NCBI GenBank assembly: GCA_028707125.1
Contig: JAQTUX010000001.1
Location: 1,130,438 to 1,194,437 of the forward strand
DNA length: 64,000 nt
Origin: Candidatus Omnitrophota bacterium
GTDB taxonomy: Bacteria > Omnitrophota > Gorgyraeia > Gygaellales > JAQTUX01
Reading direction: 5' to 3'
Shown: positions 17,344 to 26,852 of the stretch, piece by piece
Layout: each line of letters begins with the position of its first letter
Position numbering within the stretch: position 1 is the first letter of the stretch
Translations under genes and position numbers: made by a program
The notes under the pieces: model-generated
Told to the model about the DNA's origin: nothing
The model's input: the letters and a program-made list of their open reading frames with translations, nothing else
Database searches by the model: none

Positions 17344-17978
17344 CAACTATAACTCCCTTGAAGCGGCACGAATACGCATCCGCAGATTTTCTCTTCCCTG
17401 GCCCCCTCTTTCTCTTTATCAACAGCTGTCAACACCTGGCTATACCGCTCTCCTATAGGTATGAGCAGCCGTCCGCCGGCCTTCAACTGTTCAATAAGCG
17501 GCTTCGGCACCTCGGTTGCCGCGGCAGTTACTATTATCTTGTCGTAAGGAGCAAACTCCCGCCAGCCATCGGTGCCGTCTCCCACCCTGACCTTGATATT
17601 TTTATAGCCCAGTCCATCAAAGATCTCTTTCGCCCGCCCGGACAGAGAATCATATTTCTCAACGGTGTAGACATCTTTTGCCAGTTCCGCGAGGAACACC
17701 GTCTGATAACCGGAGCCGGTGCCAATCTCCAACACCTTATCCGTCTCCCGCAAACGCAAACTCTCTGTCATAAGAGCGACTATATAGGGTTGAGAAATGG
17801 TCTGGCCCTCGCCTATTGCCAGGGGGAAATCCCCGTAGGCGCTTGAACGCAGGCCTTCAGGCACAAACTTGTGGCGCTCCACCCTGCCGAAAAGCTCAAG
17901 CACCTTTCTGTCGCTTATGCCCCTCCGCATAAGCTGCTCCTCAACCATCCGCTTACGCGAAAGCGCGTAATCCATCAC
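17337..17978 (-). CDS. pcm: Protein-L-isoaspartate O-methyltransferase
   Basis: GQTISQPYIVALMTE...VLEIGTGSGYQTVFLAEL motifs. Confidence 0.85.
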   Translation of the reverse strand: MMDYALSRKRMVEEQLMRRGISDRKVLELFGRVERHKFVPEGLRSSAYGDFPLAIGEGQTISQPYIVALMTESLRLRETDKVLEIGTGSGYQTVFLAELAKDVYTVEKYDSLSGRAKEIFDGLGYKNIKVRVGDGTDGWREFAPYDKIIVTAAATEVPKPLIEQLKAGGRLLIPIGERYSQVLTAVDKEKEGAREEKICGCVFVPLQGSYSCE

Positions 17979-18640
17979 CGGAATAGTTCGCTGAATAAAA
18001 ACCTGAAGAACCGAAGGGTATCCACAAAGGGGTTTATCTGGCTTTTTCTGTTGAAATAAAGCGTCTTGATGGGGATCGACCGGATCCTGTAACCCATTCT
18101 TGACGCCCGGATCAGGATCTCGGATTCTGTCTCATATTTTGAAGTGCCCAGCTTGACATTCTTCAGGACACCGGGGATAAACAGGCGGAACCCGCATTGG
18201 CTATCGGGTATTCTCTGCCCTGTCAAGCCTGAGATGCCCCAGGACATCAATTTATTGGTCATATAGCGAAGCGGCGGCATAGCCGACGCGTCGCTCATCC
18301 TGTTGCCGATTATGATCTCCGCCCCGTTCTTTTCCGCCTCGTCAATAAACTTATCAATGTCATTCGCGCAGTGCTGTCCGTCTCCGTCCATGGTGATCAC
18401 CGCGTCAAAACCCCCTGACAAGGCGTTATCAAACCCTATTTTCAAGGAAGCGCCCTTGCCCAGGTTGCGCGCGTTACGGACAACCTTCGCGCCGGCATTC
18501 TCCGCGGCTTCCGATGTCTTATCCTCTGAGCCGTCGTCGATCACCAATACATCCAATTCCTTCGCGCGAAGCTCAGAAACCAGGCCGCCTATATTCTCCT
18601 CTTCGTTAAGGGTCGGTATTATTACGCAGGCCTTCATCTT
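17975..18640 (-). CDS. Family 2 glycosyltransferase (polyprenyl-phosphate sugar transferase-like)
   Basis: CVIIPTLNEEENI...LVIDDGSEDKT...MDGDGQH. The start is chosen at MKACVIIPT. Confidence 0.7.
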   Translation of the reverse strand, partial: KMKACVIIPTLNEEENIGGLVSELRAKELDVLVIDDGSEDKTSEAAENAGAKVVRNARNLGKGASLKIGFDNALSGGFDAVITMDGDGQHCANDIDKFIDEAEKNGAEIIIGNRMSDASAMPPLRYMTNKLMSWGISGLTGQRIPDSQCGFRLFIPGVLKNVKLGTSKYETESEILIRASRMGYRIRSIPIKTLYFNRKSQINPFVDTLRFFRFLFSELFR

Positions 18641-19493
18641 AGATCCAGAATTGACGGAACATAAACCACTGCTCGGGATAACGCCTGATATAACCCTCAA
18701 TAATACGCAGGCACCTCTTTGCTAATTCTACCACGTCTTTTTCTTCATTGCCTGTGGCAACCGGCAGGATCGGCTCCTCAAACCTCAGATTGAATTTGCC
18801 GTCCTTCTGGACGGTGATAAATCCCGGGATTATGGGCGTGTTGGCCTTAAAGGCGAGCATCGCCGGCCCTCTAGGTATGATAGCAGTCCTGCCGAAGAAA
18901 TCAAGCCGGAATCCTCCCCGCGTAAAATCCCTGTCGCCTACCAGCGCCACCACCTTGCGCTCTTTAAGCGCCTTGAGGCATTTCTTTACGGCGCCGCCCA
19001 AAGGCACTATTTCAACCCCTGTATGCCCGCGCTGCTTATTGAAAAATTCATCTATCCGCTTATTCTTATGGACCATTGCCACGGCTACCACGGGATAGCC
19101 GCGAAGCGCGGTAACTGCCGCGGCAAGCTCCCAATTGCCGATATGAGCGGTAGTCGCTATTACCCCGCCGTATTTCTTAAGAGATTCGGATATATACTCC
19201 ATATTCTCCATCACCACGTGCTTCTTAATAAATTTATCGTCAATTAACGCGAACTTAAAGAATACCGCCAGGTACCTGCCGAAATTCCTGAACATCTTCC
19301 AGGAAATAAGCAGTATCTCTCCGCGGCTTTTCTCCGGGAATATGGCCCGAAAGTTAGCTATCACAGCCCTTCTGTCTTTTCCGGCAATAATGAATTGGAT
19401 AGTACAGACCAGATCGGCAAGGGTGTAGGAAAGCCGCAGCGGCAGGCATACCGCGATAAAATGTCCTAATCTGTAAATGAGGTAATTGACCAC
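18639..19493 (-). CDS. Lysophospholipid acyltransferase (LPLAT / HtrB-LpxL-like) family protein
   Basis: ~284 aa with an N-terminal TM segment and a GNWE-containing acyltransferase region (TTAHIGNWELAA). Confidence 0.6.
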   Translation of the reverse strand: MVNYLIYRLGHFIAVCLPLRLSYTLADLVCTIQFIIAGKDRRAVIANFRAIFPEKSRGEILLISWKMFRNFGRYLAVFFKFALIDDKFIKKHVVMENMEYISESLKKYGGVIATTAHIGNWELAAAVTALRGYPVVAVAMVHKNKRIDEFFNKQRGHTGVEIVPLGGAVKKCLKALKERKVVALVGDRDFTRGGFRLDFFGRTAIIPRGPAMLAFKANTPIIPGFITVQKDGKFNLRFEEPILPVATGNEEKDVVELAKRCLRIIEGYIRRYPEQWFMFRQFWI

Positions 19494-19494
19494 G

Positions 19495-20622
19495 TCAGGT
19501 ATTCTTACAAAGCCCTAAGAGAAGCCTGGCAATATCTTCTGAAGAGTTCGGCTTGCCGATAGAACGGGCGCTGGCAGACATAGCGCTTAATCTTGAGGGG
19601 CCGGCCAACAATCCACTGATACATCCGGCAAGCTCGTCTATATCGTCGATCTTTATCGCCACGCCGTTATCAAGCAAATACTGCGTATTGCTTTCTTCCT
19701 GCCCGGGTATGGGTTTGACAATAACCATCGGCAGGCCCTTGGCGAGCGCCTCCGCGGTAGTTATGCCTCCGGGCTTAGTAATTACCAGTTCTGAAATATC
19801 CATCAACTGTTCTATGTTGTCGGCAAAACCCAGGATCACTACCTTATTCTTGAACTTATCACTTTTTCCGCTTAATTTCTCATAAAGTTTCTTATTCGAG
19901 CCGCATATTACAACCATTTGCACAGGCCGCTCTAATTTATCCAGGACCTTTATGATCCCGCCTATGGGGCCCAACCCCTGCCCGCCGCCCATGATCAGCA
20001 CAATGGGGATCTCCGGCTCAAGCCCCAGCCGGCCTTTTATCTCTTCTTTATTATTCTGCGGCCGGCTGAATTTCGGCTCGATCGGTATGCCCAACACCTT
20101 TATTTTCTCTTCTTTAACGCCTTTTTTTATAAGCTGCCGGCTGATATTTCCGGAAGGCACGACATAATAATCAACATTTTCATAGACCCAGTATGAGTGC
20201 GCGGTATAATCGGTTACGATCCCTACCAGCGGAAGTTCGGTATTATACGCCTGCTTAAAATAAGCCGCCATTCCGCAGGGGAATGCCTGGGAGCAGGCGA
20301 CTGCCTGCGGCTGGAACTTATCAAACAGGGCCTTAAGCTTGGGCGCGTTGAAACGGTGTATCATTTCCTTGATATTGCGGGTCTTCTCCACAACGGCCGG
20401 GTTATCGTAAAGATACTCCCAGATCTTCGGCGTGCGCTTTATCACGCCCAGATATAATTTATTTATGATCTTCTCTGAGATCGGGTTGGTGTAATTGAAG
20501 GCGTTTATATTGAGGACCTCTGCCCGCGGGTCAATATTCTTTATTGACTTCTCCACCGCTACAGTCGCCTGCTTGTGGCCGGAGACCTCGGAAATATACA
20601 TCAGCAGAATTCTCTTAGACAT
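19495..20622 (-). CDS. GT28-family diacylglycerol glycosyltransferase (MGDG synthase / UgtP-like)
   Basis: N-terminal MGDG-synthase-like region (ILLMYISEVSGHKQA...) and C-terminal GT-B nucleotide-sugar region (ITKPGGITTAEALAKGLPMV). Confidence 0.65.
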   Translation of the reverse strand: MSKRILLMYISEVSGHKQATVAVEKSIKNIDPRAEVLNINAFNYTNPISEKIINKLYLGVIKRTPKIWEYLYDNPAVVEKTRNIKEMIHRFNAPKLKALFDKFQPQAVACSQAFPCGMAAYFKQAYNTELPLVGIVTDYTAHSYWVYENVDYYVVPSGNISRQLIKKGVKEEKIKVLGIPIEPKFSRPQNNKEEIKGRLGLEPEIPIVLIMGGGQGLGPIGGIIKVLDKLERPVQMVVICGSNKKLYEKLSGKSDKFKNKVVILGFADNIEQLMDISELVITKPGGITTAEALAKGLPMVIVKPIPGQEESNTQYLLDNGVAIKIDDIDELAGCISGLLAGPSRLSAMSASARSIGKPNSSEDIARLLLGLCKNT

Positions 20623-20628
20623 CGCTGG

Positions 20629-21792
20629 TTAGACCTTGCCCTTTTGATATGCCTGGAAGAATGCCTCTACTACCCGCGGGTTGAACTGCCTGCCGCTTTG
20701 GCTGCGTAACTCCTCAAACGCCGTCTCCCTGGACAGCGCCTTCCTGTACGGCCTGTCGGTAGTCATGGCGTCAAAGGAGTCCGCGACGGAGATTATGGCG
20801 GCGATAAGAGGTATCCCCTCGCCCTTAAGGCCTTCCGGATAGCCGGAACCGTCGTATCTCTCATGATGGTATTTCACGCCTGCCAGCGCCTCTTCAAGCT
20901 CCTTTATCGGCTGCAGTATGTTGACGCCGATCAAGGTGTGCTCCTCTATCCTCTTTCGCTCAACGGCATCTAACGGGCCTTCTTTATTCAGGATCGATTC
21001 GGGGACGCCTATTTTGCCGATATCGTGCAGTAAGCTGGCAATATGCAGGTTTTCCAGAAACTTGTTGTTGATCTTATTCTTTTTCAGGAAGGACATCTCT
21101 TCCGCGATGGCGATGCTTAATCCTGTTACGCGCGAGGTATGTCCGTGGGTGTAGTGGTCTTTGGCGTCAATGGCGGCGGCAAGGGCGACCGTAGTATGTA
21201 TGAACAATTTGTGCTTCTTATCAAGTTCGTGCTGAAGCTCATCAAACAACTGGGCATTCCTGATAGCCATTGCCACATTAGACGCGAGGGCGACTATAAA
21301 TGCCAGTTCGTCTTTCGCGAAATCGCCTCCCGACTTTTTTCTCCCCAGAAGCAGTATCCCCAGCAGATCGTTCTGGTAGTAACTGGGTATCGCCGCTATC
21401 GTGTCAAATATGTCCAGCTGGTATTTTGCCTTTTCCAGCAAAGCGAGGGTGTTCTTGTTGACCTTATTTTCACGGAGCTTTTTATCTATATCCCGCAGAG
21501 TTACTACCTCGCGCCCGAATATATCTTTATTTTTGCGGTCGCTGAATATCTTGATAAGCGCGCTGTCCTTATCTATCCTGGCAAAGCCGGCAGGGATCTT
21601 AAAACCCTTTTCGCCCCGGGAGACGGTAAGCACATAGGTATCCTTGTCTTTCCTATGCAGCAGTATTCCCGCGTGCACTACCCCTACCTTGCCGACCATT
21701 GTCCTGACGATAAGCTTCGTCAGCGTATCCGGATTATGCACCAGGATCATCGTCTTCGCTGAATTCTCTAACTCTTTCTTATAATCGATCAT
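20629..21792 (-). CDS. GAF + HD-GYP domain protein (putative c-di-GMP phosphodiesterase)
   Basis: HD motif LLHDIGKIGVP and GYP motif YHHERYDGSGYP. Confidence 0.8.
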   Translation of the reverse strand: MIDYKKELENSAKTMILVHNPDTLTKLIVRTMVGKVGVVHAGILLHRKDKDTYVLTVSRGEKGFKIPAGFARIDKDSALIKIFSDRKNKDIFGREVVTLRDIDKKLRENKVNKNTLALLEKAKYQLDIFDTIAAIPSYYQNDLLGILLLGRKKSGGDFAKDELAFIVALASNVAMAIRNAQLFDELQHELDKKHKLFIHTTVALAAAIDAKDHYTHGHTSRVTGLSIAIAEEMSFLKKNKINNKFLENLHIASLLHDIGKIGVPESILNKEGPLDAVERKRIEEHTLIGVNILQPIKELEEALAGVKYHHERYDGSGYPEGLKGEGIPLIAAIISVADSFDAMTTDRPYRKALSRETAFEELRSQSGRQFNPRVVEAFFQAYQKGKV

Positions 21793-21843
21793 AGCACTTC
21801 ATTTTACTATAATATTCGCCGCCACGCAATTATAAATATCTGC

Positions 21844-22746
21844 TCACCACCTGCGCCCTATGCCGGCGGTTATAGCCGCTTCCTTTTCTGATTTGAGCAA
21901 CTTAAGGAATGCCTGGCCGTCGGCTCCCCATATATCGTTTGAAAGCGTCAGGTCCATCTCCGGGCCTTTGCCAAGCCCGTGCTTAAGCCCGAATGTGATC
22001 GCGCCTGTTTCACGCTTGACAGTCCATTTACCGTATAAAACTACCGTCCGCTTAACCGGCTTAAACCCCACACCCACCTCATACTTTATTGAATCCCTGT
22101 TCAATCTGCCCATATCCGCGCGGAGTTCAAAACCGGAATCATCGCTCAAAGAATACGATAAAGCATACGGCCCCTTGATATCCCAACGGCCCCTGAAGGT
22201 CAAAGTCGACTTTCCCTTACCCCGCCTCTTTTTATAACAGTATATCAGGTTATGTTTCTTATCCAGTTCCCAGACGCCTTCAAGGGTCAAGGTGTCATAT
22301 TTGGCCGCTTCCTTCTTCACTCTGAACGTAAGCTGATTGTGTTTATTCGCCTGCCAACTGCCATCCAGCTTAAGAATATTTGTGGATACGCTGTCCTTGC
22401 TTCTGGTGGTTACGGCGAACAGAAGAGTATGCGCCTCAACGTGGGCTATCTCACCTTGCAGGGTAAGTTCATCGCCCAAGGTCTGCCTGTGCCAGTTATC
22501 AAGGGTAAGTTTTAAGTTGTGCTCTTTGGTCAACGACCAATCACCCCTTAACTTCACTTGATGAGGCGCGTCAGGGCCTTGCCTGTCCGGAGCCTTTACG
22601 TGGTATATCAGGGAATTTTTGGGGCCGATCTTGAATTTGCCATCCAGGACCTTGCGGAAGCGCTGCACGCGGGATTTCCTGCCGGTCTCCCCTATAATCA
22701 GCCGGTTATAGGGGTCAACTTCATAGCGAACCTTGTGCAAAGTCAT
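21844..22746 (-). CDS. Hypothetical protein with internal beta-rich repeats
   Basis: 300-aa ORF with a repeated ~40-aa pattern (LTLDNWH...LTLQGEI; LTFRVKK...LTLEGVWELDKKHNL; LTFRGRWDIKG). No recognisable family. Confidence 0.4.
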   Translation of the reverse strand: MTLHKVRYEVDPYNRLIIGETGRKSRVQRFRKVLDGKFKIGPKNSLIYHVKAPDRQGPDAPHQVKLRGDWSLTKEHNLKLTLDNWHRQTLGDELTLQGEIAHVEAHTLLFAVTTRSKDSVSTNILKLDGSWQANKHNQLTFRVKKEAAKYDTLTLEGVWELDKKHNLIYCYKKRRGKGKSTLTFRGRWDIKGPYALSYSLSDDSGFELRADMGRLNRDSIKYEVGVGFKPVKRTVVLYGKWTVKRETGAITFGLKHGLGKGPEMDLTLSNDIWGADGQAFLKLLKSEKEAAITAGIGRRW

Positions 22747-23249
22747 CCTAAATTAATTCGCTTAATCTTTATAATCTTACATAGGCGCATTAAGGTATAT
22801 AAAGTAATATTTTTCCTGCCCTCTTCAATACGCGAAATATCCGGCTGCTTCATGCCTGCTATCTGCGCCAATTGCCTCTGGCTCAAGCCCATTTCAAGGC
22901 GCGCCTCTTTAAGCATCATTCCGACTTTCCGGTATAAGTCAGGCATCCTGCCCGGTGATTTCTTTTGTGTATGGCGGTATTTTTCAATAAGTTGTTCATA
23001 TATTGTCTCCCACCAGTCGCGAAAATCCGACTGCCGGCTCATTTTAACCCAATGAGAACGGATCTTAGGCCAGGCGCGGATAAATTCTTTCTGCGCCACA
23101 ACAGAAAACAGCTCCCTGGGACTGTCGCAGCGGGAAAGCAGGGCAACCATCCGCCTGGCATAATCAGGGTGATTCGGATCTCTTAAAACCTTTTTGACCC
23201 CCCTCAAGGATTTGCGGTTTAAATCCCAGAAATATTTTGAAATATTCAT
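22743..23249 (-). CDS. XRE-family HTH protein (C-terminal HTH_3)
   Basis: LKEARLEMGLSQRQLAQIAGMKQPDISRIEEGRKNITLYTLMRL. It overlaps the upstream AbiEii-like gene by 4 nt. Confidence 0.65.
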   Translation of the reverse strand: MNISKYFWDLNRKSLRGVKKVLRDPNHPDYARRMVALLSRCDSPRELFSVVAQKEFIRAWPKIRSHWVKMSRQSDFRDWWETIYEQLIEKYRHTQKKSPGRMPDLYRKVGMMLKEARLEMGLSQRQLAQIAGMKQPDISRIEEGRKNITLYTLMRLCKIIKIKRINLG

Positions 23250-23977
23250 TCCATTACCTCGCGTATGAACTTCTTTATTTCATCTTCAAGATAAAAAATC
23301 ATCGCTTTTGAATTAAATTTCTTGTCATAAATATCCATATCAAGAAGCGCCAGCTGAAGCTCCTGCCGGGAAAACGTCCGATACCAATGCACCATCCCCC
23401 TCTGCCACAGAGAAGGAACGCCTTTTAAGAATCTGTGCAAAGGCAGGATCTTTTGCGAAAGCATATATAAGTCAAATACATCGCGCGCCGCTTTACGGCC
23501 CTCCATTATCTCCCTGCCAACTTCATCCGCTTCCGGGCGCATGCCTGCGATAGCGCCGATCTTCTGTAGATATATGCTCTTTGCGCTGTATACCCGCACG
23601 CCTTCAAACCTCTCAATATCCGGCTTGTCAAAAAGCACATCCTCAACAAAATCTATCTTCAAATATCTCCTGGAGCCCTTGATCGGAACCGCGTAAAAGC
23701 GCACCCTGGCCTTATTTGGAGAAACGAATTCCGATTCCTGCTTTATGCGCCGGCCGATATTTTTCTGAAGCGCGGCGATAATACTGCCTATTTCTCCTTT
23801 AGCGAATTTCGGCGAAAAAAAGTCCAAATCAGCGGAAAAGCGATGGTGCAGATAATACAGCTCAAGCGCGGTCCCCCCTGCCAGGGCAAAATCCTTCGCC
23901 TTACCGGCAAATACCTTTAGAACGTCTTTCTGCGCCTTCCTTATCGCCCTGTCCATACTGCCCCTCCAATATGCCAA
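23246..23977 (-). CDS. Nucleotidyltransferase, AbiEii/AbiGii toxin family
   Basis: Hallmark FALAGGTALELYYLHHRFSADLDFFS motif. ~240 aa. Confidence 0.65.
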   Translation of the reverse strand: MAYWRGSMDRAIRKAQKDVLKVFAGKAKDFALAGGTALELYYLHHRFSADLDFFSPKFAKGEIGSIIAALQKNIGRRIKQESEFVSPNKARVRFYAVPIKGSRRYLKIDFVEDVLFDKPDIERFEGVRVYSAKSIYLQKIGAIAGMRPEADEVGREIMEGRKAARDVFDLYMLSQKILPLHRFLKGVPSLWQRGMVHWYRTFSRQELQLALLDMDIYDKKFNSKAMIFYLEDEIKKFIREVME

Positions 23978-24084
23978 TAGGTTATAATCTATCTACATAT
24001 AGAATATAACCTATATTATCCTATTTGTCAAGTATTTTTGAGTGGAGTTGCGGCCTTGCGGCCGGGGACGAGATGCGGAGAAGC

Positions 24085-24279
24085 TTACCACTCTATTCCA
24101 AGATACCTACGCATTAGCAAAAAAACAATTATAAAGATAATTATGGAGATTATGCTAACTGCCAGGGATGTCTTACTTTTCATGAGTTCAAACCTTCTCT
24201 TATAATAAAATGCCAACCCAAAGAAAAAGAAGGGGAAGGCTAAAATAGACAGCCAAATTGCATACGGATAATCCACCAA
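24085..24279 (-). CDS. Small hydrophobic ORF, possibly a pseudogene fragment
   Basis: 64-aa two-TM ORF in a degraded-looking AT-rich interval (24085..24612). No RBS support. Confidence 0.2.
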   Translation of the reverse strand: MVDYPYAIWLSILAFPFFFFGLAFYYKRRFELMKSKTSLAVSIISIIIFIIVFLLMRRYLGIEW

Positions 24280-24612
24280 TATAGCAAAAGGAATGTGTAA
24301 GAAACCACTAACGAATGTATACTCTGCACCTATCTTAAATACATAGCTGATGTCTCCTTAAAAGCCAGCCACAGCAATATAAAAACAATGATTTGACCCC
24401 ACCAGCAATATCCTATAACGTCATAGAATTCTTCGCCCGTTCGATTCATATCTTTCTCCTTTTAGTTCAATAACCGCATATTTGTACTCTTTTAATATCC
24501 TCCATTACAAAGAATGGGATTACTTCTGCAGGGATCATAGAAGGAATTATCGGGGAGCGGACTATACAACCAATCATTAGGGGACGGGGACGGTTCTCCT
24601 TGCTGTTATTTA

Positions 24613-25089
24613 TTATACCGCAATAAGTTCTGAGTGCTCAATTATTCTTCTTGCCTTTAGGGTCTTTTCTGTCATCTCTTCTATTATTATGTCTCTGTAA
24701 ATAAGCTGTCTTCTCTCCTGGCTGCTTGCTAAATTGTGGTATAAGGGATCGCCTTGAATTAAAATATCCTTTGCTCCATAGGCATAATGGAGATAGCTGG
24801 AAAACCGATATTCTTCAGGCCCCTTGACTATACCTGCCCTGACAGGATTGAGTTCTATGTACTTGCCGCATTGAATAAGGTATTCCTCATTGTCTATAGT
24901 CTTTGCCTTGAACCTGTCCTGCCAGAGATGGCCGCAGTAGGCATACTTTCTTCTGTAATAGTAGACGTACCTCAGGTTTACCCGCTTCATGAACCTGGAA
25001 AGGTTGCTTGCTTCGTTTACTTCCAGTATCAGGTGTATATGATTGCTCATCAGGCAATCTGATATGAATTTTTTGATATGTGATGGCAA
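24613..25089 (-). pseudogene. IS200-like/Y1 (REP-associated-type) transposase, N-terminally truncated
   Basis: Carries the HxH motif SNHIHLIL and the conserved YCGHLWQDRF...NPVRAGIV block of Transposase_17-like proteins. The ORF begins directly at the HxH region and lacks the usual N-terminal ~50-60 aa. Confidence 0.55.
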
Positions 25090-25145
25090 ACTTTGCGATG
25101 GATGAAAAGTACCTGTTAGACCCGATCCCCCGCTAGGTTCAATAC

Positions 25146-25532
25146 TTACTTTCCTCTATATATCGTAATTATATCTCCATTGTTTGCATTAACAAAAATA
25201 CAAAGATCCCCACCCTTATATGACTCTTCGGCTTGCTTAGGTTTATAGTAATAATACACAGCCCAGTACTCTTTATTCATAAGCTTATTCTGTCTCTCGA
25301 TACAGTAATCGGAATTACAATCTTTTGGTAAATAATCATTCCAAGGTGTATTATATTTAGTAACCTTGATATCCATAATCTTAGTATCATATCCGAGCAT
25401 TATTGCTTCTTTGTTAGCAATCTCAATGATTTGTTCTTTTGTAATATTCATATTATTTCCATATATTTTTAGAAAATATGCTGCTAAAAAAATTATTGTC
25501 AATAAAGTAATCCCTATGTAGATTTTTCTCAC
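25146..25532 (-). CDS. Putative immunity protein (membrane-anchored) for the orphan RHS tip
   Basis: Immediately 3' of the orphan RHS C-terminal ORF. Homologous to ORF 26463..26852 (NITKEQIIEIANKEA.. vs MITLEEAIGIGNKEL..; YWAVYYYYKP...GGDLCIFVNANNGDIITIY vs YWVVSYIPKKP...GGIAIIFIDRTNGKILDFY). Confidence 0.5.
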   Translation of the reverse strand: MRKIYIGITLLTIIFLAAYFLKIYGNNMNITKEQIIEIANKEAIMLGYDTKIMDIKVTKYNTPWNDYLPKDCNSDYCIERQNKLMNKEYWAVYYYYKPKQAEESYKGGDLCIFVNANNGDIITIYRGK

Positions 25533-25555
25533 ATTTCTCTCCTATAAATTTAAAA

Positions 25556-26270
25556 CTACTTCTTTTTATCTTTACGTTTTTCTCCTGAAGGTTGAATATC
25601 TGTCTGTTGATTACTTGATGGTTCATATTTCTTAACTGCGCCACTGGGAGTTCCTAAATATCCTGTCGTTCCTGACCGTCTATTATCCGCTATATCTTGT
25701 AACGAGAAGTTCTCATTATTATAACCAGGATCGTTTGCACCATGAGTATGATAATCTCCTACCACCCTACCGCCCGATGGTCTTGGCCCTAAAGAGGTAC
25801 CCGCTTTACTACCAGGATACGGTTTAGTATAAGAGTATGTTCCGTTAGGATTCTCATATACCCATCCACCATATTCCCGTCCTTCTGAAATTGATTTTGG
25901 ATTTATATCGTTTACTGCATCTTTTCCAGCTGCATCTTCTGTTGGATAGGGATCACCGGGCTTTAACCCCCAAGGATCTATCCAGATTAACGGATTATTA
26001 TAACAATACAAATATAAATTTGTAGCTAAAAATAAGTGCCCCCACGGATCCCTCTGCAAGAACCTCCCCAGCATTGGCGAGTAGTGGCGAGCCCTGTAGT
26101 AATACAGCCCTGTCTCAAGGTCATACTCCCTGCCGGTGAACATGTAGGGATTGCCGATGGATGAGGCAGTGGATGGCTTGCCGTAGGCGTCGTAGGTGTA
26201 GGATTCAACGGTTGAGCCGGATGAGTCGGTGAGAGCGGTCACGCTGCCGAAGCCGTCAAATAGGCAGATA
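25556..26270 (-). CDS. Orphan RHS C-terminal fragment with alternative DUF4329-like toxin domain (displaced toxin tip)
   Basis: Begins within the RHS core (FDGFGSVTALTDSSGSTVESYTYDAYGKPS...GRFLQRDP). Its DNA is identical to the 3' core of RHS 26849..30673, then diverges (..NPLIWIDPWGL + GGWVYENPNGTYSYT...DYHTHGANDPGYNNENFS). An upstream in-frame stop lies at about 26273. Confidence 0.6.
26046..26259. repeat. Direct repeat copy A (~214 bp), identical to 27359..27573
   Basis: An identical nucleotide run is visible in both places. The ORF-track spurious ORFs 26026..26208 and 27304..27522 are identical over 55 aa. Confidence 0.85.
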
Positions 26271-26462
26271 ACTTACGGAGCCTAGCGAACGTAAGTTATA
26301 GGCCGAAGACCACCTGCGAATTTATCCCGAGCTTACGCAGTCCCGACGTATCGTCGGAACAAGTGTTAAGCGAGGGACAAAGCTGTCAAAGAGCAAAAAT
26401 ATTTGTTTTGCAAGCTAGTAAATTACAGCGCTTTATGTAGAGCGTCTGAAGATCCTTTTTAT

Positions 26463-26852
26463 CTATTCCCCTCCATAAAAATCAAGTATTTTTCCATTGG
26501 TTCGATCAATAAAGATTATTGCAATCCCTCCTAGCATCGGCTTTTTTGGTATATATGAAACTACCCAATACTTTCTTCCATCATTATGCAGCTTCCTGAT
26601 TTTTTCTTGTAAAATAATGGGAAAAAATGAATCGACCTCCTCCCAGGCCATCTCTTCATTATCGGCTGTTATCTTCAAATCGTTTTCGGATAAAGAATCG
26701 CCTCTTCTTTCTAACTCTTTATTTCCTATCCCTATTGCTTCTTCTAAAGTTATCATTAACCCCTCTTCCTGTAATGCATTTGAAATTTTGCCCGAGCAAC
26801 CAGAGATAGATAGGACTAACATAACAGCTAAAGATAATTTTAATAGTTTCAT
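26463..26852 (-). CDS. Lipoprotein, putative immunity protein for the RHS DUF4329-like toxin
   Basis: Signal peptide plus lipobox LSISGCSG. It overlaps the RHS stop by 4 nt. Homologous to 25146..25532. Confidence 0.55.
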   Translation of the reverse strand: MKLLKLSLAVMLVLSISGCSGKISNALQEEGLMITLEEAIGIGNKELERRGDSLSENDLKITADNEEMAWEEVDSFFPIILQEKIRKLHNDGRKYWVVSYIPKKPMLGGIAIIFIDRTNGKILDFYGGE

